From an uncultured Clostridia bacterium (lineage in GTDB: Bacteria > Bacillota > Clostridia > TANB77 > CAG-508), in NCBI GenBank assembly GCA_947588945.1, contig CANPZY010000004.1, positions 2,174 through 66,173 of the forward strand: a DNA stretch of 64,000 bases. The letters are read 5' to 3'. Shown here piece by piece: positions 28,013 to 40,985 of the stretch. The notes under the pieces are model-generated. The model saw only the letters and a program-made list of their open reading frames with translations, had not been told where the DNA came from and made no database searches. Made by a program: the position numbers and the translations under genes. How positions within the stretch are numbered: position 1 is the stretch's first letter; the number at the start of each line of letters is the position of its first letter.

Positions 28013-29941
28013 CTAATCTTCTGCCAACTTAAAATCAATTCTTCTTGTATCTTTATCTGCTGAAAGTACTTCTATTTTTATTTTGTCTCCTAGCTTATAA
28101 ATTTTTCCTGTGTGTTCTCCAATTAAAGATTTATTATTTTCATTATAAATATAATAATCATCATCTAAATCATCAAATCTTATTAATCCTTCAATCGTAT
28201 TTTCAAGTTCTACGAACATTCCAAAGTTAGTTACACTTGAGATTATTCCATTATGAACTTCACCAATTTTATCTTCCATAAATTCAGCTTTTTTCATATC
28301 TTCACTTTCTCTCTCAGCCTTTGTTGCAACTTGTTCACACTCTGATGAGCTTTCAGCATATTTTATTGCTTGAACATTATATTTTTCTTTTAATTCTTCA
28401 TCAACATTATAATCAGATTCTAAATACTTACTTATTATTCTATGAATAAAAAGATCTGGATATCTTCTAATTGGAGATGTAAAATGGCAGTAATATTTAC
28501 TAGCTATTCCAAAATGGCCCTTATTTTCTGCTTCATATCTTGCTACTTTTAAGGTTCTAAGTAAAAGATTAGATACAACTTTTTCTTCGTCTTTTCCCTT
28601 AACATCTTCTAAAACAGCTTGAAATGCTTTTGGCTTTATATCATCCTTTTTGCCTTTAATTCTATATCCAAAATTATATAAATATTTATTTAAATCTGCA
28701 ATTTTTTCTTCTTCTGGTTTTTCGTGAACTCTATATATAAAAGGAGCCTCAAGCCAATAAAATCTTTCTGCTACTGTTTCATTTGCAAGTAACATAAATT
28801 GTTCAATGATTTCATTTGCAAAATTTGTATCATAAGCTCTTATATCTATTGGATGTCCATATTTATCAAGAGTTATTTTACTTTCTGGAATATCTAATGA
28901 TAAGTAACCATCTTTATTTCTTTTGTTTTTTAATATAATGGCTAATTCCTTCATTCTGTCAAAATGATCAATATATTTTTCATATTTTTTTAATGTTTTA
29001 TCATTTCTTCTTTCGATTATGTCAAATACATCGTGATAATTCATCCTCTCAGTTACTCTAATTATGCTCTTTTTTATATCTGAATCAATTACATTTCCCT
29101 CTTTATCTATTGTCATTATGCAAGATAAACAATATCTGTCTTTACCTTGATTTAAACTACATATATCATTTGAAAGTTCTTTTGGAAGCATTGGTATAAC
29201 TCTATCTAACATATACACACTTGTACCTCTTAATATTGCTTCTTTATCAAGCTTACTTCCTTCTTTTACATAGTGGCTAACATCAGCTATATTTACTCCT
29301 AAAAGATATGTTCCATTTTCATTTTTTTCCACAAATACTGCATCGTCTAAATCTTTTGCATCTTCTCCATCTATTGTAAACATTTCTTTATTTCGTAAAT
29401 CTAATCTGCCTTTAGGAGTTATTTCCTCATTTAACTTCCCCTTTGCTTCATCTATAACATCTTGTGGAAATTCGTTTGGAAGCTTAAAAGCTTTTACAAT
29501 CGAAAGCATATCTATTCCTGCTTCATCTTTATTTCCTAAAACTTCAATTATTTGCCCTTCTGCTTTTCTATTTCTTTCTGGATATTTTGTAATTTCGGCA
29601 ACAACTTTCTCATTGTTTTTAGCTTTTCCCCATTTTGACTTTGATACAAAAATATCTCCTACTATTTTTTTGTCATCAGGAATAATAAATCCAAAGTTTT
29701 TACTTTTCTTGAAAGTACCTACAACTTGGACTATATTTCTTTCTAAAACTTTTATAATTTTTCCTTCTAAATGGTCCCCTCTTTTTTTGCCTTCTATCAA
29801 AGCAAGTGATACTTTATCGCCATCCATTGCAGAATTAGAGTTTTCTTTTGCAATAAAAATATCAGATGAATTTTCTCCTATTTTTACAAAACCAAATCCT
29901 CTTTCGTTTGAATTGTATATTCCTTGAAGTAATTCTTTCAT
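28013..29941 (-). CDS. rnr: ribonuclease R (RNase II/R family)
   Basis: N-terminal cold-shock/OB region, RNB motif FTIDGEDAKDLDDAV and C-terminal S1 domain GIISSVTNFGMFVEL. Confidence 0.9.
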   Translation of the reverse strand: MKELLQGIYNSNERGFGFVKIGENSSDIFIAKENSNSAMDGDKVSLALIEGKKRGDHLEGKIIKVLERNIVQVVGTFKKSKNFGFIIPDDKKIVGDIFVSKSKWGKAKNNEKVVAEITKYPERNRKAEGQIIEVLGNKDEAGIDMLSIVKAFKLPNEFPQDVIDEAKGKLNEEITPKGRLDLRNKEMFTIDGEDAKDLDDAVFVEKNENGTYLLGVNIADVSHYVKEGSKLDKEAILRGTSVYMLDRVIPMLPKELSNDICSLNQGKDRYCLSCIMTIDKEGNVIDSDIKKSIIRVTERMNYHDVFDIIERRNDKTLKKYEKYIDHFDRMKELAIILKNKRNKDGYLSLDIPESKITLDKYGHPIDIRAYDTNFANEIIEQFMLLANETVAERFYWLEAPFIYRVHEKPEEEKIADLNKYLYNFGYRIKGKKDDIKPKAFQAVLEDVKGKDEEKVVSNLLLRTLKVARYEAENKGHFGIASKYYCHFTSPIRRYPDLFIHRIISKYLESDYNVDEELKEKYNVQAIKYAESSSECEQVATKAERESEDMKKAEFMEDKIGEVHNGIISSVTNFGMFVELENTIEGLIRFDDLDDDYYIYNENNKSLIGEHTGKIYKLGDKIKIEVLSADKDTRRIDFKLAED

Positions 29942-30099
29942 TTATATTTTTCGAATAATTTTTATTAATTTCTACTTTTTAATAAATATTATTCGATTCT
30001 CCTTTCTTTATTTTCTATATTACTAAACTCTTTTATTAATTATTTTATCTAATAATCTAACATTTTATATAATTTTTAAATAAATCTTAGTCCTTTTAA

Positions 30100-30132
30100 A
30101 ACGCAAAAAATGCATATATTTCTATATGCATT
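30100..30132 (-). terminator. Rho-independent terminator after secG
   Basis: 10-bp stem AATGCATATA/TATATGCATT with a 4-nt loop, followed on the minus strand by TTTTTTGCG. Confidence 0.75.
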
Positions 30133-30143
30133 TCATTATCTTA

Positions 30144-30407
30144 TTATAAAACAAATACAATCGCTGTAACTACACTAAGTATTGCAAATGTAACTCCCAA
30201 CACTATTGTATTACGTTGTACTTTTCCTGTTTTTGTTCTTCCTTTATTTCTTTGATAATATTTATTCGTGCTAGGATTCTCATAAGTATCTTCTGCAGAA
30301 TTATTATTATCTTTTGATTGAAATGTTGTAATTAAAATTAATGCAATGCATACTACAATATAAATTGCTAATAAGATGTATTTTACTACTGTCATTTTAT
30401 GTATCAT
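30144..30407 (-). CDS. secG: probable preprotein translocase subunit SecG
   Basis: Two-TM small protein (TM1 ...LILITTFQSKD, TM2 at the C-terminus). It sits immediately upstream of rnr, as in many Firmicutes. The start may be the internal ATG at 30395. Confidence 0.6.
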   Translation of the reverse strand: MIHKMTVVKYILLAIYIVVCIALILITTFQSKDNNNSAEDTYENPSTNKYYQRNKGRTKTGKVQRNTIVLGVTFAILSVVTAIVFVL

Positions 30408-30597
30408 TCCTTTCTTTTAAGAGATGTATTTATTTATAGTTCTCTTTATTTCTTAAATTAGTATTAGTTTTAACTATTACTTTATTTTTATAACATATAA
30501 TAGTTTATCACATATTTTAATAAAAATCAAGTATGCTTGTTTAGGACTTTTTAAACTCCTATTTTTCCCATGAATATATCCTATATCTAAAACCCTT

Positions 30598-31902
30598 TTA
30601 CACGTTTTCATAGCCTGGCTTTTTTAAAAGTTTGAACATATTAGTCTTATATTTTTCAACCCCTGGTTGATTAAATGGATTAACTTCTAGAAGCTCTGCA
30701 GAAACACCGCAAGCTTTTTCAAAAAAGTAAATCAATTCTCCTAATGACTCTTCATCTAATTTTTTTATGTTTATTAATATATTAGGAACTCCTCCATCTA
30801 CATGAGCTTTAATAGTTCCTTCCATCGCTTTTTTATTTATATATGATAATTTTTTTCCTTGCAAATAATTTAAATTATCTAGATTATCTTCATCAAAATT
30901 TATTACAATATCTGATTCACTCTTCTCAATGTTTAGTACTGTTTCAAACATTAATCTTCTTCCCTCTTGTATGTATTGCCCTAAAGAGTGTAAATCTGTT
31001 GTGTAATCTGCTCCAGAAGGGAACAACCCCTTACCATCTTTTCCTTCACTTTCTCCAAATAATTGTTTCCACCATTCAATGAAATAATGCATCTTTGGTT
31101 CGTAATTAATAAGCATTTCTACTGATTTATTTTTTTCATATAACATATTCCTAACTACTGCATATTTATAACATTCATTATATTTTAAAGATTTATCTAA
31201 ATATTTGTCTTCTGCTATAGCTGCCCCTTCAATAAGTTTATCTATATTTAACCCACTTGCTGCAATTGGTAATAAACCTACTGCAGTTAAAACTGAAAAT
31301 CTGCCTCCAACATTATCTGGGATTACAAATGTTTCATAACCTTCTGAATCTGCTAATGTTTTTAATGCTCCTTTTTTCTTGTCAGTTGTTACATATATTC
31401 TTTTTCTTGCCTCTTTTATGCCATATTTATTTTCTATAATTTCTCTAAAAATTCTAAAAGCTATTGCTGGCTCCGTTGTTGTTCCTGATTTAGATATAAC
31501 ATTAATGCTAAAATCTTTTCCTTGTAGCACTTCAATTACATCATTTATATAATTAGGGCTTAAATTATTTCCTACAAAAATTACTCTTGTCTTTTTTTTA
31601 TCTTCATCATAAATTGAGCTATGAAGAGATTCAATTACTGCTCTTGCTCCTAAATATGATCCACCTATTCCAATAACTAATAAAATATCTGAATCATTTT
31701 GTATTTTACTCGCTGATTTTTTTATTCTTGCAAATTCTTTTTTGTCATAATTAGTTGGCAAATGTAGCCAACCAACAAATTCTTTATTATCTTTGCTTTT
31801 TTCTTCTAATTCGTTATGTATTTCTTCAATTACATCAGCATGCTTTAATATATCTTTTTCTTTAATATCTGCAAATTTAAAATCAACTTTTATATTTGGC
31901 AT
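30598..31902 (-). CDS. pgi: glucose-6-phosphate isomerase
   Basis: [26 protein letters not shown] and [13 protein letters not shown] match the Firmicute-type PGI pattern. Confidence 0.93.
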   Translation of the reverse strand: MPNIKVDFKFADIKEKDILKHADVIEEIHNELEEKSKDNKEFVGWLHLPTNYDKKEFARIKKSASKIQNDSDILLVIGIGGSYLGARAVIESLHSSIYDEDKKKTRVIFVGNNLSPNYINDVIEVLQGKDFSINVISKSGTTTEPAIAFRIFREIIENKYGIKEARKRIYVTTDKKKGALKTLADSEGYETFVIPDNVGGRFSVLTAVGLLPIAASGLNIDKLIEGAAIAEDKYLDKSLKYNECYKYAVVRNMLYEKNKSVEMLINYEPKMHYFIEWWKQLFGESEGKDGKGLFPSGADYTTDLHSLGQYIQEGRRLMFETVLNIEKSESDIVINFDEDNLDNLNYLQGKKLSYINKKAMEGTIKAHVDGGVPNILINIKKLDEESLGELIYFFEKACGVSAELLEVNPFNQPGVEKYKTNMFKLLKKPGYENV

Positions 31903-31926
31903 CTTTTTCTCCTTTGTTTAAATATT

Positions 31927-32676
31927 TTATATAGCTCCTGTTTTATTTATTATTGAAACTATTGTTTTAAAGAAAATTTTTATATCTAACCATAAAGAAA
32001 TATTTGTTACATAATAATATTCCATTTTTACTCTTTCTTCATAAGAGATTTTACTTCTTCCATGTGAAGCCCAATAACCTGTTATACCTGGTTTAACTTT
32101 TAATATTTCATCTTTATATTTTCCAAACTTTTTTAATTCATCTGGAACAACTGCTCTTGGACCAATTAGACTCATTTTTCCTGTTATTACATCTATAAAA
32201 TTAGGAAACTCATCTAATGAACTTTTTCTTAAAAATCTACCTACTTTAGTAATCCTTGGATCTTTTGATAATTTTCTATTCTTTTCCCATTCTTTCTTTA
32301 AATTCTCATCTTCTGATAATATTTTTTCAAGTTTTTTATCTGCATCAACACACATTGTTCTATATTTATGCATTTTAAAAGGTTTTCCGTCTTTTCCTAT
32401 TCTAGTATGAGAATAAAAGATTGGCCCATTTTCTTTATTGATTTTGTTAATAATCCACACAATTAATGTTAAAGGTATTAATATAATTATTCCACAAATT
32501 CCTGCTATTATATCAAATACTCTTTTTACAACTAAATATATACTTTTACTGATATTTTCTATACTTTTTTTCTTTACTTTTTTATTGATATGTATTATTT
32601 CTTTGTTTTCGATTTTTTCAGTTACCTGCATATCAGTCAATTTTCTCACTCCTTTTTGCATGTATTTTTCATACAC
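31927..32676 (-). CDS. undecaprenyl-phosphate sugar phosphotransferase (bacterial sugar transferase family)
   Basis: One N-terminal TM segment (VKRVFDIIAGICGIIILIPL), then RIGKDGKPFKMHKYRTM and DEFPNFIDVITGKMSLIGPRA. Confidence 0.85.
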   Translation of the reverse strand: MYEKYMQKGVRKLTDMQVTEKIENKEIIHINKKVKKKSIENISKSIYLVVKRVFDIIAGICGIIILIPLTLIVWIINKINKENGPIFYSHTRIGKDGKPFKMHKYRTMCVDADKKLEKILSEDENLKKEWEKNRKLSKDPRITKVGRFLRKSSLDEFPNFIDVITGKMSLIGPRAVVPDELKKFGKYKDEILKVKPGITGYWASHGRSKISYEERVKMEYYYVTNISLWLDIKIFFKTIVSIINKTGAI

Positions 32677-32775
32677 CAGCTCAAGTAAATTATATAATAT
32701 TTCATTGACTTAGTAAATAGTTTACTACTTTTTATTTCTAGCAATTTTTTCAATTAATAATATTTTTATTTATAT

Positions 32776-33840
32776 TTATTCTTCCTTATAACCTGTTTTT
32801 GTAACAATTTGATTACTAATATTTTTTACTTCTTCAGAAATTTCATAGTCAGTTTCTTCAAATATTTCTTTATGTAACTTTATAACGTTGCTTTCCAACG
32901 TAGTTGGTACCCCATACCATCTATCAAAAGTTATACCCTTTGTTGTATATGGCCATCCCAAACTGTTTGAAAAATTAATGTTCATAAGATTTGGAACTAA
33001 TGATAAAATATCTCCTGATGACATATTAGTACTTATTTTAGGTAAAATTGTGTTTACAAAACTAGTAAGTTTTCCTATTCCTAAAGTTTTTGCCTTGTCT
33101 ACCATTGCCTCTATAACTGTTCTCATTCTTTCTGTTCTCTTATAATCACCACCATCAGTATACCTTATTCTAGAATATGCAACCGCTTGAACTCCATCTA
33201 AAACTTGCATTCCTGTAGTTGTAATATGTTTCGAAGATTTTCCTGATGATTTGATTAAAGCATCTATATAACTATTAATATAGCTTAGCTCTTGGCTATC
33301 TATATTAATAGATATACCACCCAATGCATCTACAGCAAGAATTACAGCATCAAAATTCACTGTTACATATTCTTTGATGTTTAAATCTAAGTTAGTGTTT
33401 AGTGCTAATAAGGTGTTTTGAGCACCACCATATGAATATGCATGAGTAACTTTATCTAGCTTTGTCATTCCATTTTCCTTAAGTTGTAAATATGTATCTC
33501 TATAAACAGATATTAATTTTACATCATTTGTACTTTGATTAATACTTGCTATTATTATACAATCACTTCTATTTCCCAATCCATAGTCATCTGCTCTACT
33601 ATCTATCCCAAGTAACGCAATATTTCTATATTCTTTTAAATTTTCTAAAGTATCTTCATTAATTCCTATTGCATTTTCATCAATTTCCTCTTGATTAACT
33701 GATCCTATCATTGAGTTTATATAAGTCCAACCACCAGCAATAACAGCACCTACACATATTATTAATATTATCAAAATTATTGTTATTACTTTTATAGCTT
33801 TTTGTACTTTAGTCTTCTTTTTTCTGTTTTTTCTACTCAT
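32776..33840 (-). CDS. LCP (LytR-CpsA-Psr) family protein
   Basis: N-terminal anchor, then NIALLGIDSR...RSDCIIIASIN and a DGVQAVAYSRIR block. Confidence 0.85.
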   Translation of the reverse strand: MSRKNRKKKTKVQKAIKVITIILIILIICVGAVIAGGWTYINSMIGSVNQEEIDENAIGINEDTLENLKEYRNIALLGIDSRADDYGLGNRSDCIIIASINQSTNDVKLISVYRDTYLQLKENGMTKLDKVTHAYSYGGAQNTLLALNTNLDLNIKEYVTVNFDAVILAVDALGGISINIDSQELSYINSYIDALIKSSGKSSKHITTTGMQVLDGVQAVAYSRIRYTDGGDYKRTERMRTVIEAMVDKAKTLGIGKLTSFVNTILPKISTNMSSGDILSLVPNLMNINFSNSLGWPYTTKGITFDRWYGVPTTLESNVIKLHKEIFEETDYEISEEVKNISNQIVTKTGYKEE

Positions 33841-34138
33841 TTTATTTTCTCTCCTTTGTTTTATTTTTTAATTATTTCTTATGATATATATGCTACTCCT
33901 TATACTGCTTTATTGGCATAATTAATGAAAATATTATTAAACAAAAGTCTTCTATTAACTTATCTAATAAATTATTAGGTTTATAAGATATTAATACTTA
34001 TATTAAACTGTCCACCTTTTTTTCTTATTTTTATATATTTATTATTACATATTTTAGTTTCTATGTAAATATTAATTTTTATATTTTTACATAATTAGAT
34101 TATACATATTAATTATTTTCAGTAAAAAAATATAACTA

Positions 34139-35266
34139 CTAATATTTTTCATTTTCTTCCATTTTCTCATATATTTTTTCTAATTTTTTAGCTGCATATT
34201 TAATATCATATTCTTTTGGGAAATTTTCCTCTATATTTTCATTGTTTTTATTATTAATATAATCTTTTATACTATCTGCCCATATTTTAGCATCATTTAT
34301 TGGTAAAAATTCTGTTTTATCTATCATTTTAGCTTTTTTTGTTATATTTTGTGATAAGAAACATTTCAAGTTTAAGGCCTGAGCTTCGATTCCAACAACC
34401 GGTAAGCCTTCAAATCTTGATGGCAAAACAAATAAATCCATTGCATTAAAATATTCATTTACTTTATCAGTAGTTCCTAAAAATATAACCTTATTATTAA
34501 TATTTAAATCATTTACTTTCTTTTTTATTTCTTCTTCAAGCTTTCCAGCACCTATTAAAATTAAAACAGCATTTTTAATTTCTTTTTGTACTTGATTAAA
34601 TACATCAATTAAAAATTCATGATTTTTTTGATAACAAAACCTTCCTACATGACCTATTACAAATTTGTCATCCACTTTCAATTCTTTTCTTATTTTTTCT
34701 CTTATATTAATACTAAATTTAAAATTTGTTAAATCAATAGCATTTTCTATTAATGTAAAATTTTGATTTTCAAACATCCATAATCCTGCTAAATCAGAAC
34801 ATGCAAATAAATCAGTTGCATATTTTAATACTACTTTTTTATTAACTTTATCTAATATTCTTCTAATAATTCCAGTAGGAATATTATTATTATGTGAATG
34901 TACTATTATATGTCTAACTTTACACTTTTTAGTCGCAATAACAGGCAATATATTAGCGGAAGATAGCATATTTATATGCACAATTTGATAATTATTTTCC
35001 TTAATTATCTTCTTTATTTTCCTATAGTACCCTATTGGATTTTTTTTGAAGTTTGGAATTTTATAAATTACTCCTCCTAATTCATTTATTTCATTTTCAA
35101 AACACAATTTATTATATGGATTTATAAAATCAAACTGAATTTTAGTTCTATCAATGTTTCGATAGTAATTCATTAAATATGTTTCAACTCCACCAATTTC
35201 ATCATGCATTCCAATTTGCAACACTCTAATTATATTTGATACATTATTCATATTATAAACTTCCAT
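34139..35266 (-). CDS. glycosyltransferase family 4 (GT-B, group 1)
   Basis: C-terminal E-x7-E region SRFEGLPVVGIEAQA and an N-terminal GGVETY block. Confidence 0.75.
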   Translation of the reverse strand: MEVYNMNNVSNIIRVLQIGMHDEIGGVETYLMNYYRNIDRTKIQFDFINPYNKLCFENEINELGGVIYKIPNFKKNPIGYYRKIKKIIKENNYQIVHINMLSSANILPVIATKKCKVRHIIVHSHNNNIPTGIIRRILDKVNKKVVLKYATDLFACSDLAGLWMFENQNFTLIENAIDLTNFKFSINIREKIRKELKVDDKFVIGHVGRFCYQKNHEFLIDVFNQVQKEIKNAVLILIGAGKLEEEIKKKVNDLNINNKVIFLGTTDKVNEYFNAMDLFVLPSRFEGLPVVGIEAQALNLKCFLSQNITKKAKMIDKTEFLPINDAKIWADSIKDYINNKNNENIEENFPKEYDIKYAAKKLEKIYEKMEENEKY

Positions 35267-35297
35267 TCTTTTGTAATACTTAAAAAAGTATATATTA

Positions 35298-35330
35298 AAA
35301 AATCTATTTAGTCAATCTAAATAGATTTTT
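35298..35330. terminator. terminator after dnaJ (bidirectional form)
   Basis: 14-bp stem AAAAATCTATTTAG/CTAAATAGATTTTT with a 5-nt loop. Confidence 0.7.
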
Positions 35331-35358
35331 GTAATTTTTGCCATTTTCTCATTTGCTT

Positions 35359-36525
35359 TTATCCAAATATTCCTTTTTTCTTTACTGGAGGCTGTTCATT
35401 CATTGACTTCGCCAGCTTCATAAATAATTCTCTCTGCTCTTTAGATAATCTCTTTGGCGTTTGAACTTGAACCGTAAAAATTAAATCTCCAGTTGAACCA
35501 CCTCTTTTAAATCCTTTTCCTTTAATAGTAAATTTACTTCCTGTTTGAGTTCCTTCTGATATATCATAATCCACATCTTTTCCACCAACTGTTGGAATCT
35601 TTAATTTAGCTCCTAAAGTTGCTTGCGTTATTGTAATTGGAATTATAATTTCTATATCATTCCCTACACGATTAAATATATTACTTTTCTTTACTCGTAT
35701 ATCTACATATATATCACCATTTGGTCCTCCGTTTTTTCCTGGTTCTCCCTTGCCTCTTAAAAGTAAAGTTTCGCCGTTTTGCGTTCCTTCTGGTATACTA
35801 AATTTAATTTTTACATTCTTTCTTACTGTACCTTTTCCCTTGCATGTATCACAAGGTTCTTTTATTACTTTTCCTGTTGCTCTACAATTTTCGCAAGGAC
35901 CTACTGTTTGAAATGTTGCAAATCCACCTATAGTTTGATTTTTCTTTACTTGTCCTGTACCATGACATATTGGACAAGTTTCTACACTTGTTCCTGGCTT
36001 TGCTCCAGAACCATCACAGTCATCACATTTTACATTTTTATTTACTGAAAATTCCTTTTCTGCTCCTGTAAAAGACTCTTCAAATGTAATATCTATACTA
36101 TATCTTAAGTCTTGACCTTTAGTTGGTGCATTAGCTGATTTTGTTTTCCTTCTTCCACCTCCAAAAAAAGATGAAACAAAGTCATCAACTATATCATCAA
36201 ATCCTCCAGTTGTATATGTATAAGAATTTCCAAAGCCTCCGAAACCATTTCCAAATCCACCAAATCCGCTACCAGCTCCTCCATATCCTGCTCCAAATGG
36301 TGAGCCTTCTGCTGAACCAAACTGATCATAATTTCTTCTTTTCTGCGGATCCGACAAAACCGAATAAGCTTCTCCTACTTCTTTAAATTTTTCTTCTGCT
36401 TCTTTTCTATTATCTGGATTTGCATCTGGATGCCATTTCTTTGCTAATCTTCTATATGCCTTTTTTATATCTTCATCTGATGCATTTTTGTCTAAACCTA
36501 AGACTTCATAATAATCCTTTGCCAT
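35359..36525 (-). CDS. dnaJ: chaperone DnaJ
   Basis: J-domain [10 protein letters not shown]...[10 protein letters not shown]-rich linker and four zinc-finger repeats ([32 protein letters not shown]). ATG 36525 has GGAGG 6 nt upstream. The track start at 36537 is a TTG inside the RBS. Confidence 0.95.
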   Translation of the reverse strand: MAKDYYEVLGLDKNASDEDIKKAYRRLAKKWHPDANPDNRKEAEEKFKEVGEAYSVLSDPQKRRNYDQFGSAEGSPFGAGYGGAGSGFGGFGNGFGGFGNSYTYTTGGFDDIVDDFVSSFFGGGRRKTKSANAPTKGQDLRYSIDITFEESFTGAEKEFSVNKNVKCDDCDGSGAKPGTSVETCPICHGTGQVKKNQTIGGFATFQTVGPCENCRATGKVIKEPCDTCKGKGTVRKNVKIKFSIPEGTQNGETLLLRGKGEPGKNGGPNGDIYVDIRVKKSNIFNRVGNDIEIIIPITITQATLGAKLKIPTVGGKDVDYDISEGTQTGSKFTIKGKGFKRGGSTGDLIFTVQVQTPKRLSKEQRELFMKLAKSMNEQPPVKKKGIFG

Positions 36526-36596
36526 TTTTTCCTCCAATTGAATTATTTTAGGCTATATTAATTCTTGAGGTTGGTTTAGTACTCCAACCTCATATT

Positions 36597-36959
36597 TTAT
36601 CTTTCTTGTTCTTCTTTTTCTAACATTTTATCGATTTTTTCTCCGTATTCTCGCCTTAAGTCTATTAATTTATATCCTTCCTCATGATAATATGCTAAAA
36701 TACCTTTTCTATCTTCTATAATAGGAGATAAATAAATAATTTCTCTATAAATATTTGTATCACTTCCTACAAAATATTTTTCAAATAATAATAAAAATAA
36801 TGTTTTATCATTAAGACCACTTTCAAGATATTTCTTTTTAAGATTTTCATCGCTTTCTAATATTTTTTTAGCTAATTCTTCATGATAATATATTTCATCA
36901 TCTGTTATTATATTGCCTTTTTTATCTATAAAAAAGATATTTTTTGTATCCATAATCAA
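36597..36959 (-). CDS. hypothetical protein (120 aa) inserted between dnaK and dnaJ
   Basis: Clean ORF on the same strand. It starts 15 nt after the dnaK stop and ends 71 nt before the dnaJ start. No family recognised. Confidence 0.5.
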   Translation of the reverse strand: MIMDTKNIFFIDKKGNIITDDEIYYHEELAKKILESDENLKKKYLESGLNDKTLFLLLFEKYFVGSDTNIYREIIYLSPIIEDRKGILAYYHEEGYKLIDLRREYGEKIDKMLEKEEQER

Positions 36960-36973
36960 AATTTCCTGTATTA

Positions 36974-38917
<1,944 letters not shown>

Positions 38918-38963
38918 TTAATATTTTTCTTTTGTTATATATAATTAAAAAATTAATAACTTT

Positions 38964-39542
38964 TTAATTGGCTACAACTACTAATGAGTGTCTTAATACT
39001 CTGTCTCCTATCATATAGCCCTTTCTGTATTCTTCTTTTACAATTTTTGCTCCAAGTGAACTATCTTCTACTAGACTTACTGCTTCATGAAGTGATGGAT
39101 CAAATGGTTGTCCTACTGCCTCTATTTCTTTTACTCCATTTGAACTAAGTACTTCTTTAAATTGCTTTAATACTAATTCAATTCCACTTTTATATTGTTC
39201 GTCCTGTGTAGTACTTTCTACTGCTTTTTCTAGATTATCTATGACTGGTAATAATTTCATTACCACATCTCCCATAACAGAATTATACATTCCTGTTCTT
39301 TCTTTATCGCTTCTCTTTTTAAAGTTTTCAAATTCTGCCATTAGTCTTTTTATTCTGTCTTCTTTTTCTTCTATATCTTGTTTTTGTTCTTCAATTTTTT
39401 CATTTAAAATATCTACTTCTGTTTTTTCTTTTTTTTCAAATTTCATATTTTCGTTTTCTATTTTTTTTTCATTCGTATTATTTTCCATTTGATTTTCGTT
39501 TTGTAAATTATCATTGTTCATATTATTTACATTTTCATCCAT
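38964..39542 (-). CDS. grpE: nucleotide exchange factor GrpE
   Basis: Coiled-coil RLMAEFENFKKR followed by a C-terminal beta domain ...GYMIGDRVLRHSLVVVA. There is an N-rich N-terminal extension. Confidence 0.93.
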   Translation of the reverse strand: MDENVNNMNNDNLQNENQMENNTNEKKIENENMKFEKKEKTEVDILNEKIEEQKQDIEEKEDRIKRLMAEFENFKKRSDKERTGMYNSVMGDVVMKLLPVIDNLEKAVESTTQDEQYKSGIELVLKQFKEVLSSNGVKEIEAVGQPFDPSLHEAVSLVEDSSLGAKIVKEEYRKGYMIGDRVLRHSLVVVAN

Positions 39543-39736
39543 TTTACTACTTTTTTGCGTATAATTTTTTTATACGATTTCTCCTTGCTTGTTATTTAGA
39601 TTTTTTAGGTTACATCTATAAACCTTACTTTAATTATATTAAATAAATTTTAATTGCAAATTATTAATAAATCTATCCTTACGCTTATTAGATTTACTGC
39701 AATTATTTTGTTCTTCTACTTATTAAATTTGCTTTA

Positions 39737-40765
39737 TTAGTCTGTTTTTCCACTTCCTAGTTCATTATTCATATTCTTATTAAGTTCTTTATTTATATAT
39801 TTAAGTACTGATATTACTTTTGAATAATCCATTCTTGTAGGTCCTATAATTCCTATTGTTCCTAAGTCTTTTCCTGCAACTATATTTCTAAAAGTTACTA
39901 TGCTTAAATCTTTTAAACCATTTTGCTCATTTCCTATATATACATTAAATTCTTCGTCATTTTCTAGTATATCTGATATAAAATCTTTTCTGTCTAATAA
40001 TCCTAGAAATCTCTTTGCTAAATCTCCACTCTTAAATTCAGGATTATCTAAGGCTCTATTTGCACCTTTTAAATATATTTTTGATTCTTCATTTAAAAGC
40101 TTTGTAATTTGATTTATTATTGGTTTTATTACATCTACTTTATATGACATTTCATTAATTATATATTTCTCCATTGGCACATCAATAATTGATAAATACT
40201 GTCCTCTTAATTTGTTATTAAATATTATGTTAAGTGTATCAACTTGTTCTTGACTAATATCTTCGTCAAATTTTATTATGGTTTCCTTTATCGTACCAGT
40301 TTCTGTGAGAATTACTGCCATAAGCATCCTTGTACCTATTAAAACAAATTTTATTTCTTGAATTCTTTGTTTTTTGGCATTTGGCTCTATTGAAACTGTT
40401 GTATAATGTGTTACATCTGAAATAGTATTTGTAGCTATCTTTGTAAGTTCTTCCATTTCATTTACTTTATTTTCTAATGCTTGATTTATATATCTTATTT
40501 CATTTAATGTTAAATTTTTTTCATTTAACAATTTATCAACATAAAATCTATATCCTTTTGTAGATGGTATTCTTCCACTTGATATATGAGTTTTTTCCAA
40601 AAAACCTTCTTTTTCAAGCTCTGCCATATCATTTCTAACTGTAGCACTACTACACTCAAGTCCATATTTATCTATCAAACTATTTGAACTTACTGGCTCT
40701 ACTGTATCAATATATTCATTTACTATTGCTTGTAATATTCTTTTCTTTCTATTATCTAATTCCAA
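39737..40765 (-). CDS. hrcA: heat-inducible transcription repressor HrcA
   Basis: The N-terminal winged helix is (M)ELDNRKKRILQAIVNEYIDTVEPVSS. TTG 40765 has GAGGTG 7 nt upstream. The track start at 40774 is a GTG inside the RBS. Confidence 0.93.
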   Translation of the reverse strand: MELDNRKKRILQAIVNEYIDTVEPVSSNSLIDKYGLECSSATVRNDMAELEKEGFLEKTHISSGRIPSTKGYRFYVDKLLNEKNLTLNEIRYINQALENKVNEMEELTKIATNTISDVTHYTTVSIEPNAKKQRIQEIKFVLIGTRMLMAVILTETGTIKETIIKFDEDISQEQVDTLNIIFNNKLRGQYLSIIDVPMEKYIINEMSYKVDVIKPIINQITKLLNEESKIYLKGANRALDNPEFKSGDLAKRFLGLLDRKDFISDILENDEEFNVYIGNEQNGLKDLSIVTFRNIVAGKDLGTIGIIGPTRMDYSKVISVLKYINKELNKNMNNELGSGKTD

Positions 40766-40895
40766 ATTTACCACCTCTTTATGATTCCTTTTTTACGTAA
40801 AAAAATTATGTTATCTAATTTACTAATTTAGATAAGCAATATTTATAGAATCATTAATTTACTTTTTTTTGATGTTTATTGTAATTAGTAACTTT

Positions 40896-40922
40896 TTAGC
40901 ACTCTTGTTTTTAGTCTGCTAA
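40896..40922. promoter_or_regulatory. CIRCE operator (TTAGCACTC-N9-GTCTGCTAA)
   Basis: Matches the consensus TTAGCACTC-N9-GAGTGCTAA with 2 mismatches in the right arm. It begins 2 nt downstream of the -10 box. Confidence 0.85.
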
Positions 40923-40923
40923 T

Positions 40924-40952
40924 ATTCTATATCCATTTTTAGCAAATGTCAA
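40924..40952 (-). promoter_or_regulatory. sigmaA-type promoter of the hrcA operon (TTGACA-17-TAGAAT)
   Basis: The minus strand reads TTGACAtttgctaaaaatggataTAGAAT. The -35 box is 40952..40947 and the -10 box is 40929..40924. Confidence 0.7.
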
Positions 40953-40965
40953 TATAGATTGCTAA
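40939..40965. promoter_or_regulatory. second, degenerate CIRCE-like palindrome (TTAGCA-N15-TGCTAA) overlapping the -35 box
   Basis: The outer hexamers and the exact 27-nt CIRCE spacing are retained. The inner CTC/GAG positions are not. Confidence 0.45.
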
Positions 40966-40985
40966 TTTATTTGTGAATTTTACGT

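Noticed and set aside
28013-30407. Expected smpB/ssrA (tmRNA) downstream of secG-rnr
   Set aside because: Downstream of rnr there is only a bidirectional terminator and the convergent ger operon. No SmpB-like ORF or tmRNA-like GC-rich structured region is present.
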